Origin: Clostridia bacterium
Lineage (GTDB): Bacteria; Bacillota; Clostridia; Oscillospirales; CAG-272
DNA: 63,484 nt
Direction: 5' to 3'
NCBI GenBank assembly: GCA_017959065.1
Contig: JAGDBK010000003.1
Location: 1 to 63,484 of the forward strand
Position numbers and translations under genes: made by a program
In this document: positions 26,320 through 36,665 of the stretch, piece after piece
Position numbering within the stretch: position 1 is the stretch's first letter
Layout: every line of letters starts with the position of its first letter
Notes under the pieces: model-generated
Database searches by the model: none
What the model saw: the letters and a program-made list of their open reading frames with translations, nothing else
Told to the model about the DNA's origin: nothing

Positions 26320-26372
26320 ATATAATCCTTTCATTACCGTTCCCGAACGCCGACCGTAAAAAGGGCTTAACG

Positions 26373-27002
26373 TCAGAGAACACAATTGCACAGATAGTTT
26401 CTTGCACGGAATGTATCGGGAGCTATTATCTTCTTTTCACGTATAAGATCCTCTATCGTTAGGTCGAAAGAATAAAGAAGAGTCTCGTCAAGGACCTTGA
26501 CTTTATCTTCCGGAGGAGACTTTTCAAGGGATCCGTAAAAATGCTCTCTGAGGATCACGCAGTCCCTGAACTTTCTTTTAGGCTCTATGTAATCGGCAAG
26601 ATACAGGACCTTTTCTGAGAGAGTCATATTCTCTCTTCCTGTTGTGTGGTACCCGATGGCGGAGAGATATTCTTCTCCGATGCGGTCTCCGAACACTTCC
26701 CTTGCCAGCGCCTCACCGGTTTTTGCATGAAAGCATTTTGGGGATTTTTTCAGTTCTTCAGCGCAAAGTATACCATATTTGATGCACAGTTTCAACTGTT
26801 CGTCTTCCCCGAGCTCCTTGGTCACATCATGAAGTATCGCTGCGGCTCTGAGCGGAATTTCCTTGTCAGGACAGTATATTCCGCATAGCCTGGCGGTCTC
26901 TTTCTCAACAGATAGAGTATGTGTGATCCTTTTGCCGCTCAGTCTCGGCGTCACAAAATCCCTTATTTCATTCAGAAACCCGTTTTCTGTCTTGTTATCC
27001 AT
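26373..27002 (-). CDS. yqeK: HD-domain bis(5'-nucleosyl)-tetraphosphatase, YqeK family
   Basis: RITHTLSV...AAILHDVTKE HD motif and a conserved operon position. Confidence 0.75.
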   Translation of the reverse strand: MDNKTENGFLNEIRDFVTPRLSGKRITHTLSVEKETARLCGIYCPDKEIPLRAAAILHDVTKELGEDEQLKLCIKYGILCAEELKKSPKCFHAKTGEALAREVFGDRIGEEYLSAIGYHTTGRENMTLSEKVLYLADYIEPKRKFRDCVILREHFYGSLEKSPPEDKVKVLDETLLYSFDLTIEDLIREKKIIAPDTFRARNYLCNCVL

Positions 27003-27017
27003 ACCAGCGGCCGTACC

Positions 27018-27314
27018 TCATGAACGATCTAGTTCGATGGTCTTGTTCTCTTTGGATTCCCGGTAAAGGATGAAGATGGAACCAATAACCAGGACGGTTT
27101 CCGCTCCCAGTGCCTCGGAGATCCTTCCGGAGGACTCTCTGGCGTCCGTCGGAGAGGTTTCAAGGACCCTTATCTTTACCAGCTCGTTAGCTTCAAGCGC
27201 ATCGGAGATCTGTTGGACCATATTCTCATTTATACCTGATTTTCCGATCTGAAACGACGGCCTGAGCTTAGCCCCCAGCTTTTTCAGGAATGATCTGTTT
27301 CTGCTTGATAACAT
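27018..27314 (-). CDS. yhbY: RNA-binding protein YhbY (CRM domain)
   Basis: 98 aa, LRPSFQIGKSGINENMVQQISDALEANELVKIRV. Confidence 0.75.
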   Translation of the reverse strand: MLSSRNRSFLKKLGAKLRPSFQIGKSGINENMVQQISDALEANELVKIRVLETSPTDARESSGRISEALGAETVLVIGSIFILYRESKENKTIELDRS

Positions 27315-27328
27315 AGTTACCTCTTAAT

Positions 27329-27943
27329 TCAATTATCTGATTTGAGCATCAGGCTCAGTCTTTCGGCGAAAAGCCTCATCGCTTTTCCTCTGTGGCTTAT
27401 CCCATTCTTTTCCTCCATTGTCATTTCGGCCATGGTCTTGCCGTAAGGAGGATAGAAAAAGAACGGGTCGTATCCGAAACCTCCGTGTCCTTTCGGAGAA
27501 CGGAGTATCAGGCCTTCGCATGTGGCTGTCACAGTGAAGCCTTCTCTTCCGTCAGGAAAGCGGCAAGAGAGCGCGCAGACATATCTTGCCGTTCTTTCGG
27601 GATCAGGTGTGCCGGAAAGCTCTTCTATCAGTTTTTCGTTGTTTTTCTGATCGTTCGCGTCAGGTCCGCTGTATCTTGCGGAAAAGATGCCCGGCCTGCC
27701 ACCGAGAGCATCGACTGACAGCCCGCTGTCATCCGCAACTCCGATGAATCCAAGTTCAGCGGGAACCGAGGCCTTGATAACAGAATTTTCTTCGAATGAG
27801 TTTCCGTTTTCCTCGATCTCGCCCGTGAATCCGATGTCGTCCAGAGATAATACTTTAAGCGGGGTGGAGATCAGCTCGTCGAGCAGAACCTGCATTTCTC
27901 TGATCTTGTTTTTATTTCTTGATGCCAGAACAATTCTATTCAT
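27329..27943 (-). CDS. rdgB: Non-canonical purine NTP pyrophosphatase (RdgB/HAM1)
   Basis: IVLASRNKNKIREM...GFGYDPFF. Confidence 0.85.
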   Translation of the reverse strand: MNRIVLASRNKNKIREMQVLLDELISTPLKVLSLDDIGFTGEIEENGNSFEENSVIKASVPAELGFIGVADDSGLSVDALGGRPGIFSARYSGPDANDQKNNEKLIEELSGTPDPERTARYVCALSCRFPDGREGFTVTATCEGLILRSPKGHGGFGYDPFFFYPPYGKTMAEMTMEEKNGISHRGKAMRLFAERLSLMLKSDN

Positions 27944-27956
27944 ACTATCGTCTTTC

Positions 27957-28862
27957 TCATTCGAACAGCGCGGTGGTAAACTCGTCCACGTCGAACGGCT
28001 GCATATCGTCTATCCCTTCTCCCACGCCTATGAACTTAACCGGGATCTTCAGCTCGGATATGATCGGAATGACTATTCCGCCCTTGGCCGTACCGTCGAG
28101 TTTTGTAAGAATTATGCCGGTGATGTTTGCTGAGTTGATGAATTCCTTTGCCTGAACAAGTCCGTTCTGGCCGGTAGTGGCGTCGATGACGAGCAGAGTC
28201 TCTCTGCTGGCATCCGGGATCTCTCTCTCGATCACGCGGCTTATCTTGGACAGTTCGTCCATCAGATTCTTCTTGTTATGGAGACGGCCCGCGGTATCAA
28301 CGATCAGCACGTCGGATTTTCTGCTTTTCATTGAAGCTATCGCGTCATATACGACAGCTGCGGGATCCGATCCTTCCGACTGGGCTATTATGTCCACTCC
28401 AGCTCTTTCGGTCCAGACAGTGAGCTGTTCGATCGCTGCGGCCCGGAACGTGTCCGCTGCTGCGACCAGGACCTTTTTTCCGGAGTCCTTCAGGTATTTT
28501 GCGATCTTGCCTATGGAAGTCGTCTTGCCGACTCCGTTGACGCCTATTATAAGGATGACTGAAGGTGTTGAAGAAATATTCAGATTCCTGTTCTCTCCGA
28601 TGATGCCTTTCAGAATGTTGATGAACTCTTCCCTTACGAGCGCCGGATCAGAAATGTGCTCGTCTTTGACTTTTTCCCTGAGCTGCTCTATGATCTCCTC
28701 GGAAGCCTGAACACCTACGTCCGAAGTAATCAGTATCTCCTCAAGCTCGTCCAGAACATCTTCGTCTACTTTGGAAAAGCTTTTGAAGAAACTGTCTATC
28801 TTCCCGAAAACGGAATCTCTGGTCTTGGTGAGTCCCGATCTTAGTTTTTCAAAAAATCCCAT
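27957..28862 (-). CDS. ftsY: Signal recognition particle receptor FtsY
   Basis: NG domain: GVNGVGKTTSIGK, DTAGR, TKLDGTAKGG. Confidence 0.9.
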   Translation of the reverse strand: MGFFEKLRSGLTKTRDSVFGKIDSFFKSFSKVDEDVLDELEEILITSDVGVQASEEIIEQLREKVKDEHISDPALVREEFINILKGIIGENRNLNISSTPSVILIIGVNGVGKTTSIGKIAKYLKDSGKKVLVAAADTFRAAAIEQLTVWTERAGVDIIAQSEGSDPAAVVYDAIASMKSRKSDVLIVDTAGRLHNKKNLMDELSKISRVIEREIPDASRETLLVIDATTGQNGLVQAKEFINSANITGIILTKLDGTAKGGIVIPIISELKIPVKFIGVGEGIDDMQPFDVDEFTTALFE

Positions 28863-28863
28863 G

Positions 28864-31800
28864 TCAAACGTTGTTCTCCTCTTTCTGAAGTTCTTTTTTG
28901 TATTCCTCTATCTCGCTCACGTCGACAGAAAGGATCTTCGACACGCCTTTCTGCGGCATTGTGATGCCGTACAGTCTGTCCGCGGCATCCATCGTGCCTC
29001 TTCTGTGCGTGATTATTACGAACTGAGTGTTGTCGGAATATTTCTTGACATATTCTGCGAACCTGTCGACGTTGACCTCATCAAGTGCGGCTTCGATCTC
29101 ATCAAGAATGGAGAAAGGTGTAGGACAGTGCTTGAGAATCGCGAAAAACAGCGCTATCGCCACAAATGCCTGTTCGCCGCCAGAGAGGAGTGACAGGCTC
29201 TTTATTATTTTGCCGGGAGGGGCTGCTTTAATCTCTATTCCGCTGTTGAGCACGTCCTCTGGATCGGACAGATAGATCTCAGCCGTCCCGCCGCCGAACA
29301 GTTCTTTGAAGACAACGCTGAAATTGCTGTTGATCGCGTTGAAGGTCTCGGTAAACTTTGCGCGCATCTCGTTTTCCAGCTCGCTTATGATCCCCCTGAG
29401 TTCCTTCTCTGTCTTTTCTATGTCCTGCATCTGAATGCTGAGCTTGTCGTGCCTTGCCTTGACTTCGGCGTACTCTTCGATCGCGCCGACATTAACGTTG
29501 CCGAGAGATTTGAGCTTGTTCTTGAGTTCGTTCTGACGTGAGACGGCAGCCGCTCTGTCCTGAGCGTTTACAGGCTGGTAGCCCGACTCAATTGCGGATG
29601 AGTGTGTGAGCTCGTAATCATCCCACATCTTTTCGATGATCTTGTCGTTGTCGTTCTTCAACTGGAACAGTTTGTTCTCCGCCTTGGAAAAAGATCTGTA
29701 ACAGATCTCCTTCTGCCCGGATGTATCCTTGATCTCGTTTTTGAGATCGGAAAGCTTCTTTTCGAGTTTGAGGATATCGCTGTCTGTACTCTCTCTCATC
29801 GTGTTCAGAGAGTCCAGGCCCGATTCAGCCTCCGCAAGCTTTTTCCGGTTCTCCTCCATCCCGGATCTGAGATTTTCTATCTCCGATGAATAACCGACGA
29901 TCTGATCTTCGCAGTCACGGATATCGGAGCGAACCGATTCCATTCTGGCTTCAAGTCCGGTCACAGAGCCTTCCACCATCTCAAGTTCCTTTAAGAGCCT
30001 GGCGAGTTCAACGGCGGAATCGGAAATCAGACTGATGAGGGACGAGACGCGATCACCGGCTTCGGACATCTTTACGGATGTTTCTTCACGTTTCGAATTA
30101 ATCTCCTCCATCAAAGAACCGAGTTCCTCTGATCTCCCGCGGAGATTATCAATTTCCTGCTCATTGGTCTCGGTCCTGCCGGAAAACTTTGTGTAATCAT
30201 CCTCGAAATTATTTCTGGACTCCTTGTCCTGGGAGAGCCTTGCTTCCGAGAGCCTGAGTTCAGACTCCTCGTTGACGATCATCATTTTAATGATCATGGA
30301 GTCTTCTTCGGCTTTCTTGAGGCTTTCGTCCTTTTCGGAGACGATTGCAGATTCTTCGCCGATCTTCTTTTCTTTGGAATCCAGCGCCTTGTCCAGAGCA
30401 TTCAGTTCATTTTTGAGCTTTTCGATTTCCCTTGAACGAGTCAGCATTCCGCTGTCCCGTTTTACTGAACCGCCGGTATAGCTTCCGCCTACATTGATCT
30501 GCTGGCCGTCAAGTGTGACTATCTTGACCGAATATCCGAGTTTTCTGGCGGCGTCGGAAGCGTTTTCCATGTCGTCAAAAACTGCCGTTCTGCCCAGGAG
30601 ATATGAAATAATGTCATTGAAAAGCGGGTCGGTTTTGACGAGTCCGTCTGCAAAACCGACAAAACCCCTCTGGCTTTTCGCTTCGTCAAGACCTTTGGCG
30701 CGCTGCGGTCTGACTGAGGAGATCGGATAGAATGTTGCTCGTCCCGCGGATGCTCTCTTTAATGCATAGATCGCTTCCTTGGCCGTAGATTCGTTGTCGA
30801 CGACGATATTCTGTATATTAGCGCCCAACGCTGTCTCAACAGCGATCAGATACTCGTCATCAACTTTTATGAGCCTCGATACGGGACCGTGAACGACTCC
30901 TTTGATCTTCCCTTCGCCATACTCTTTCATCACGTATCTCACTCCGGCGGAGAAACCTTCGAGCTGTTCTTCCATCTTTGTGAGAGTGTCGATCTTCTGG
31001 GTGACAGTGAGTTTCTTTACGACTATTTCGCTCTTTTCCTTCTCCAGTGCGGCAAGCGATTCCTCGCGGGCATACTTCTCCTTTTTCAGGTCTTCGATCA
31101 GGGCGGAGGTGCTGCCGAGCTTTTCATTGTAATCGCTTATGCTGTCCCTGTGATTCTTTATGGATGATTCATGTTCTAGTATCTTTTTGTCCAGTTCTTC
31201 GATCTCGGTCCTTATGGAGCCGTAGTTCTCGGCGTCGTTTTTTATTGCGTTCTCGACGACGGATATCCGGACGTTGAGTTCGTTCCTTTCAGATTCAAGG
31301 CTGCGGTATTCTTCAAGGCTCTTTTCAAGGAAGTCAGAAAGTTCGGCTGCTTTAAGTCCTTCGTCCTCCTTTTCCTTCTCAAGGCCTGCCTTCTTATCCT
31401 CTTCTTCACGGATTAGTTGTTTCAGTTCATCGGTCCTTGATATATAACCTGTTTTTTCATCCTGAAGCGAGGCAAGGTTTGAATTGTGCTTCTCTATCGA
31501 TGCTTTGAGTTCGGTCTGCTTTTCCTCGAAGTGGGCAATATCGTTGGCCGCAACTTTGTATTCGCTCTCAAGAGAGTTGATCGAGTCGTTGGATTTTTTG
31601 ATCTCGTTCCAAATGTGCTCGGAACGCTGTCTGGAGTCCTGGGCGTTTCTGAATACCCGGTCGTTTTCTTCCTCCAGTCGGTCGTATTTGTCGCTGATGG
31701 CGGTCAGATCGGTTTTAGCGATTCCGAAATCGTTTTCCGCCTTTGCGATCGACTCTCCCATGGTCTTGATATCATACAGCCAAAGTGATACGTCGGTATT

Positions 31801-32475
31801 CTTTTTCTGCTCGTAGTAGTCAAGGTAACGGCGGGCTTTTTCGGATTCCTTCTCAAGCGGGCCTATTCTTGCAGAGAGTTCGGAAAAAATATCGTTTATG
31901 CGAACATAGTTCTCGTCAGCCGCTTCGAGTTTTCTCTCTGTCTCCTGCTTCCTGTGCCTGAATTTGGAGATCCCTGCAGCTTCCTCGAATATGTTTCTGC
32001 GGTCTTCACTCTTTTTTGACAGTATCTCGGCTATCCTTCCCTGTCCGATTATTGAGTATCCTTCGCGTCCTATACCCGTGCTCATGAACAGCTCGGTGAT
32101 ATCCTTGAGTCTCACAGGCTTGCGGTTGATGAGGTATTCGCTCTCGCCTGCTCTGTATAATCTTCTGGTGACGGTAATCTCGTCGTCGGGATAGTCTATG
32201 CGTCCGGTTTCAGGAGAGTTGTCGAATGTGACGGACACTTCGGCGAAACCCATCGGGGGACGGGAATTCGTCCCAGAAAAGATCACGTCTTCCATTCGGG
32301 TTCCTCTGATATTTTTAGAGGATATCTCGCCCAGGACCCATCTCATAGCATCCGAGATGTTTGATTTTCCGCTTCCGTTGGGACCGACAACGACGGTCAC
32401 ACCGTTTTTGAAATCGAGTTCTGTCTTGTCCGGAAATGATTTGAACCCGTGAAGCACAATTTTCTTTAAATACAT
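28864..32475 (-). CDS. smc: Chromosome segregation protein SMC
   Basis: 1203 aa. N-terminal GPNGSGKSN, long coiled coils, hinge, C-terminal LSGGE and Walker B. Confidence 0.9.
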   Translation of the reverse strand: MYLKKIVLHGFKSFPDKTELDFKNGVTVVVGPNGSGKSNISDAMRWVLGEISSKNIRGTRMEDVIFSGTNSRPPMGFAEVSVTFDNSPETGRIDYPDDEITVTRRLYRAGESEYLINRKPVRLKDITELFMSTGIGREGYSIIGQGRIAEILSKKSEDRRNIFEEAAGISKFRHRKQETERKLEAADENYVRINDIFSELSARIGPLEKESEKARRYLDYYEQKKNTDVSLWLYDIKTMGESIAKAENDFGIAKTDLTAISDKYDRLEEENDRVFRNAQDSRQRSEHIWNEIKKSNDSINSLESEYKVAANDIAHFEEKQTELKASIEKHNSNLASLQDEKTGYISRTDELKQLIREEEDKKAGLEKEKEDEGLKAAELSDFLEKSLEEYRSLESERNELNVRISVVENAIKNDAENYGSIRTEIEELDKKILEHESSIKNHRDSISDYNEKLGSTSALIEDLKKEKYAREESLAALEKEKSEIVVKKLTVTQKIDTLTKMEEQLEGFSAGVRYVMKEYGEGKIKGVVHGPVSRLIKVDDEYLIAVETALGANIQNIVVDNESTAKEAIYALKRASAGRATFYPISSVRPQRAKGLDEAKSQRGFVGFADGLVKTDPLFNDIISYLLGRTAVFDDMENASDAARKLGYSVKIVTLDGQQINVGGSYTGGSVKRDSGMLTRSREIEKLKNELNALDKALDSKEKKIGEESAIVSEKDESLKKAEEDSMIIKMMIVNEESELRLSEARLSQDKESRNNFEDDYTKFSGRTETNEQEIDNLRGRSEELGSLMEEINSKREETSVKMSEAGDRVSSLISLISDSAVELARLLKELEMVEGSVTGLEARMESVRSDIRDCEDQIVGYSSEIENLRSGMEENRKKLAEAESGLDSLNTMRESTDSDILKLEKKLSDLKNEIKDTSGQKEICYRSFSKAENKLFQLKNDNDKIIEKMWDDYELTHSSAIESGYQPVNAQDRAAAVSRQNELKNKLKSLGNVNVGAIEEYAEVKARHDKLSIQMQDIEKTEKELRGIISELENEMRAKFTETFNAINSNFSVVFKELFGGGTAEIYLSDPEDVLNSGIEIKAAPPGKIIKSLSLLSGGEQAFVAIALFFAILKHCPTPFSILDEIEAALDEVNVDRFAEYVKKYSDNTQFVIITHRRGTMDAADRLYGITMPQKGVSKILSVDVSEIEEYKKELQKEENNV

Positions 32476-32522
32476 CTGAAACCTTCCTTGGAAAGAAAAT
32501 TCAGTGATGATATCGATGATCT

Positions 32523-33560
32523 TTATAAATCTTCGGAACAGATCTCTGCTCTGACATCATATCCGCTCAGAGACGGGCTTTCTAAGAACCTGACTTTTCC
32601 GAAACCGAATTCCGACCTGAGCCTGCCGGCGTTCTCTCTTTTATGTCCGACTGCTTTTGACATGCATTTCTCCGGAACCGTGACTGTAAGTTCCTTTCCT
32701 GTGAACGGCCCCAGACCGTATTTATCTGTAAGAGATTTTGAGACGGAATCGAAAAACATGGAGCTTTCGACCATCTCTCTTATGGCGGGATGGTTGGGGC
32801 CGGCAAAATACTTCTCTTCCGAAGATACACCGTCAGAGGAACAGAGGCCGATCCTTATACAGGGAACGCCTTTTTTGCAGAATACTCCGTATACGTTTCT
32901 GGTGCGTTCGACAGCCTGATCCAGAGTGAGAGGCTCGTATTCGCCCCTTATCGTCATGTCGCAGAGCTCGCTGTCCCTGAAGACCACCGTGGGATAGATC
33001 CTCGCGGCGTCCGCACCCATTTCGCAGCACTTTTCCGCAGACATGATCTCGTCTTCGGGACCGGATGAAGGCAGACCTATCATAAGCTGGGAGACGAACT
33101 CGAATCCGAAGTTTTTTATCAGGGCGGCTGCTCTTTCGGAATCCTCGGCTGTGTGTCCTCTTTTAGAGCAACGGAGTACGCGGTCGCTCATGCTCTGTAT
33201 GCCGAGTTCAATAGTCTTTACGCTGTAGTGCGAAAGGACTGTCAGTATCTCCTCGCTAATATAATCTGGACGCGTCGATAATCTTATGCTATCAGCGCGC
33301 CCTTCTGAAACGAACGATTGCGCGGTATCCAAAAGAGAGGTCATCAGTTCTCTGTCTATACCGGTGAAGCTTCCGCCGAAAAATGCGATCTGGGCGCTCT
33401 GTCCTTTTCGCACAGTCGAAAGGGCCGTGTCGATGAGGTTCCGGACTCCGGACGGATCGAATCCTTCGCAGCCGGAAATATAGCGCTGGTTGCAGAAAAC
33501 GCACAGATTAGGGCAGCCGAGGTGAGGGATGAAAACTGGAATATTTACGTGATCCTTCAT
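32523..33560 (-). CDS. Radical SAM protein (Elp3-like core, no acetyltransferase domain)
   Basis: IPHLGCPNLCVFCNQ CxxxCxxC cluster. Sits between rnc and smc. Confidence 0.7.
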   Translation of the reverse strand: MKDHVNIPVFIPHLGCPNLCVFCNQRYISGCEGFDPSGVRNLIDTALSTVRKGQSAQIAFFGGSFTGIDRELMTSLLDTAQSFVSEGRADSIRLSTRPDYISEEILTVLSHYSVKTIELGIQSMSDRVLRCSKRGHTAEDSERAAALIKNFGFEFVSQLMIGLPSSGPEDEIMSAEKCCEMGADAARIYPTVVFRDSELCDMTIRGEYEPLTLDQAVERTRNVYGVFCKKGVPCIRIGLCSSDGVSSEEKYFAGPNHPAIREMVESSMFFDSVSKSLTDKYGLGPFTGKELTVTVPEKCMSKAVGHKRENAGRLRSEFGFGKVRFLESPSLSGYDVRAEICSEDL

Positions 33561-34297
33561 TTTTCTCCGAAATAAACGAGCGCTTCTTTAGCGGCGGCCT
33601 GTTCGGCCTCCCTTTTGCTGCTCCCCGTTCCTCTGCCTATAACGTTGCTGTTCAGGTGCGCTTCGACCGTGAAGACTTTTCGGTGGGCGGGCCCGCTCTC
33701 TTCTGTCAGCACGTATTCAAGCAGTTCGCTGTCCGCCTGCTGGACGATCTGCTGGAGCAGTGTCTTGTAATCCTTCATGGCGCCTTCGTTTTTTACTTTA
33801 TCGAGTTCCTTGAGTATGTGGGGCATGAGAAACTCTCCGGCCTTATCCTCGCCGTATTCTCCTGCGTCCAAGAATATAGCCCCGAGCAGAGCCTCGAAAG
33901 CGTCTGCAAGGATAGAAATCCGCTGTCTCCCGCCGTTTGCTTCCTCTCCCCTTCCGAGATACAGAAAGTCACCGAGCCTGATCTCAGACGCGATATCGCC
34001 GAGAGATTTCTCGCATACCACACCTGCACGGAGTTTAGTCAGTTCACCTTCCGGATAGTTTTTAAAATTAACAAACAGATATTTGCTCACGATAATCGAA
34101 AGCACGGAATCTCCGAGAAACTCTAGTCTCTCATTGTATTCAACATCTTTATGTAGCCTGGACTTTGCTTCATGAGCGTATGAAGAATGGGTGAGCGCGG
34201 TCTTGAGGAGCATCGGATCAGAAAACCTGTAGCCGATCAGTGATTCGAGTTCTTCCTTGTCCCGCGGGTATTCTGAAGCGCTGTTTATGCTTTCCAT
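33557..34297 (-). CDS. rnc: Ribonuclease III
   Basis: ERLEFLGDSVL signature and a C-terminal dsRBD. Confidence 0.9.
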   Translation of the reverse strand: MESINSASEYPRDKEELESLIGYRFSDPMLLKTALTHSSYAHEAKSRLHKDVEYNERLEFLGDSVLSIIVSKYLFVNFKNYPEGELTKLRAGVVCEKSLGDIASEIRLGDFLYLGRGEEANGGRQRISILADAFEALLGAIFLDAGEYGEDKAGEFLMPHILKELDKVKNEGAMKDYKTLLQQIVQQADSELLEYVLTEESGPAHRKVFTVEAHLNSNVIGRGTGSSKREAEQAAAKEALVYFGEK

Positions 34298-35296
34298 CTA
34301 TTTTATCTTCCTGTAGACATTAATAATGTTTTCTATGTCGCTTACCACATCGTTCTCCGCAAAACTGACGGCCTGACGTATGGCGTTCTTGAAAGCCGTC
34401 GCGTCGGAGGAACCGTGGGCTTTGATGACCGGTTTCGAAATTCCGAGGAAAGGAGCGCCGCCGTGCTTGGCGAAATCGTACTTTTCTCTCATGTTTCGGA
34501 GATCTTCCCTGACAAGGACAGAGGAGAGTTCGGACAGTTTGCTCTTCTTGTACATATTCTTGATCTCCGAAAAGAAGAACAGACCGATGCCCTCGCAAAG
34601 TTTCAGGACTATATTGCCGGTAAAACCGTCGGTAACGATTATGTCGCATGGCGCCAGAGGAATATCCCTTGCCTCAATGTTCCCCTTGAAATTGATCCCG
34701 GCTTCCGAAAGAAGCACAAAAGCTTCCTTTTCAAGCTCTTTGCCCTTGGTCTTTTCCGAACCGTTGTTAAGCAGCCCGACAGACGGATCTGCTATTCCGT
34801 AGAAACGGTTCATATATACGATACCCATCAAAGCCCACTGCAGGAGGTATTCCGGAATGACATCGGTGTTTGCACCGGAATCAAGCAGAAGCACAGGCTT
34901 TGCGAGCGGAAGTACAGTGCCAATTCCGGATCTGAGAACGCCTTTTATCTTCCGGACTATTAGCGATGAACCGACATGCAGAGCACCGGTGTTGCCTGCG
35001 GAAACAAATGCATCGGCATCTCCGTCGCGTAGAAGGTTGAGTCCGAGGCTTATTGACGAGCGCTTTTTTGAACGTACGACACTGACAGGGTCGTCATCCA
35101 TCATGATCCGTTCGTCCGTATGAACTATTTCGAATCTGTCCGGGTCAAGGCCGAGACTGACAGCGCTGTTCCATATTATTACAGAATCGCCCACAAGGAC
35201 CGGTTCAATACCGAGTTCAGAGGCTGCTTCATATGTGCCGCGGAGTATCTCGTCAGGTGCTTTGTCGCCGCCCATGACATCGATGGCAATTCTCAA
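34298..35296 (-). CDS. plsX: Phosphate acyltransferase PlsX
   Basis: MRIAIDVMGGDKAP... Confidence 0.9.
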   Translation of the reverse strand: MRIAIDVMGGDKAPDEILRGTYEAASELGIEPVLVGDSVIIWNSAVSLGLDPDRFEIVHTDERIMMDDDPVSVVRSKKRSSISLGLNLLRDGDADAFVSAGNTGALHVGSSLIVRKIKGVLRSGIGTVLPLAKPVLLLDSGANTDVIPEYLLQWALMGIVYMNRFYGIADPSVGLLNNGSEKTKGKELEKEAFVLLSEAGINFKGNIEARDIPLAPCDIIVTDGFTGNIVLKLCEGIGLFFFSEIKNMYKKSKLSELSSVLVREDLRNMREKYDFAKHGGAPFLGISKPVIKAHGSSDATAFKNAIRQAVSFAENDVVSDIENIINVYRKIK

Positions 35297-35348
35297 TTCC
35301 TGTACTCCTTAAATCAAAAATCAGGCGCGTGGTTAAGCGCGCCGCAAA

Positions 35349-36665
35349 TCATAGTGATCCCCTGAAAGAGTCGACTGCAGAAAGAGACCTTTCGGATATC
35401 ATTTCATATTTGATCTTCTTGCTGATTTTTTTCTTTATTCCGGATATCGGATCGACTATACCGAAATTCGCGTTCATAGGCTGAAAGTCGCCCAGACCGC
35501 CTTCGGAAACATATCTGGCCATGGCTCCTATCACGGTCACAGGAGGAAAAATGAAGCTTTCAAGGCATTGATATCTTCTTGCAGCGTTAATGCCGGCAAC
35601 GAAACCGGATGCCGCTGACTCTATGTAGCCTTCCACGCCAGTCATCTGCCCGGCGAAGAATACTCTTTCATTTTTTCTAAGGGAATAGTCCGCATCAAGA
35701 AGTCCGGGGGAATCAAGGAAAGTGTTCCTGTGCATGACTCCGTAGCGGAGGAATTCCGCGTTCTCAAGACCCGGAATCATGGAAAACACCCTTTTCTGTT
35801 CCGGGAACGCCAGATGAGTCTGGAACCCAACTATGTTGTAGCAGGTTCCCTCGTCGTTTTCTCTCCGGAGCTGGACAACAGCGTAATGCTCGCGGGGGTC
35901 GCGCGGATCGATGAGACCGACGGGCTTCATGGGACCGAATCTCAGTGTGTCCACTCCGCGCCTTGCCATGATCTCAACCGGCATGCATCCCTCAAAGACT
36001 TTAATGTCTTTTTCGAAATCGTGGACAGGAGCCTCTCTGGCGTTTATCAGTTCTTCATAAAAATTCAGATACTGCTCCCTGTCCATCGGGCAGTTAATGT
36101 AGTCGTCACCGCCTTTTCCGTATCTCGATGAAAAGAAAGCTTTGTTCATGTCAATGCTGTCAAATGAGACTATCGGAGCCACCGCGTCATAGAAATGGAG
36201 GCCTTCGCAGCCCAGCATATTCCTTATGAATTCCGACATAGGGTCGGATGTCAGAGGACCGGTCGCGATGACTGTGATCCTGTCCGGATCGACTGATGAC
36301 CTCTCCTCACGGATCACTTCGATATTGGGATTTGAACAGATCCTGGACGTGACATAGTCTGAGAACCGGGTCCTGTCGACAGCAAGCGCCCCGCCGGCTG
36401 CGACTCTGGTCGCGTCCGCGGCCTCCATAATGAGAGAACCCAGGCGGCGCAGTTCCTCCTTCAGAAGACCGACCGCGTTCGTGAGCGAATCGGATCTCAG
36501 GGAATTTGAACATACGAGTTCCGCCATGCCGTCATAAATGTGGACCGGAGAGTGCTTCTGCGGCTTCATTTCAAACAGTCTGACGCTAATTCCGCGGCTG
36601 GCTGCCTGCCATGCGCATTCGCAGCCCGCCAGTCCGGCTCCTATGACATCTATGCCCTGGATCAT
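35349..36665 (-). CDS. trmFO: Methylenetetrahydrofolate--tRNA-(uracil-5-)-methyltransferase TrmFO
   Basis: VIGAGLAGCECAWQ FAD motif. The ATG at 36665 overlaps the topA stop (ATGA). Confidence 0.85.
   Translation of the reverse strand: MIQGIDVIGAGLAGCECAWQAASRGISVRLFEMKPQKHSPVHIYDGMAELVCSNSLRSDSLTNAVGLLKEELRRLGSLIMEAADATRVAAGGALAVDRTRFSDYVTSRICSNPNIEVIREERSSVDPDRITVIATGPLTSDPMSEFIRNMLGCEGLHFYDAVAPIVSFDSIDMNKAFFSSRYGKGGDDYINCPMDREQYLNFYEELINAREAPVHDFEKDIKVFEGCMPVEIMARRGVDTLRFGPMKPVGLIDPRDPREHYAVVQLRRENDEGTCYNIVGFQTHLAFPEQKRVFSMIPGLENAEFLRYGVMHRNTFLDSPGLLDADYSLRKNERVFFAGQMTGVEGYIESAASGFVAGINAARRYQCLESFIFPPVTVIGAMARYVSEGGLGDFQPMNANFGIVDPISGIKKKISKKIKYEMISERSLSAVDSFRGSL

Noticed and set aside
29000-32000. 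Highly biased E/K/L-rich coding and many short antisense ORFs inside smc
   Set aside because: This is the expected consequence of the SMC coiled-coil arms. I saw no nucleotide-level tandem repeat.
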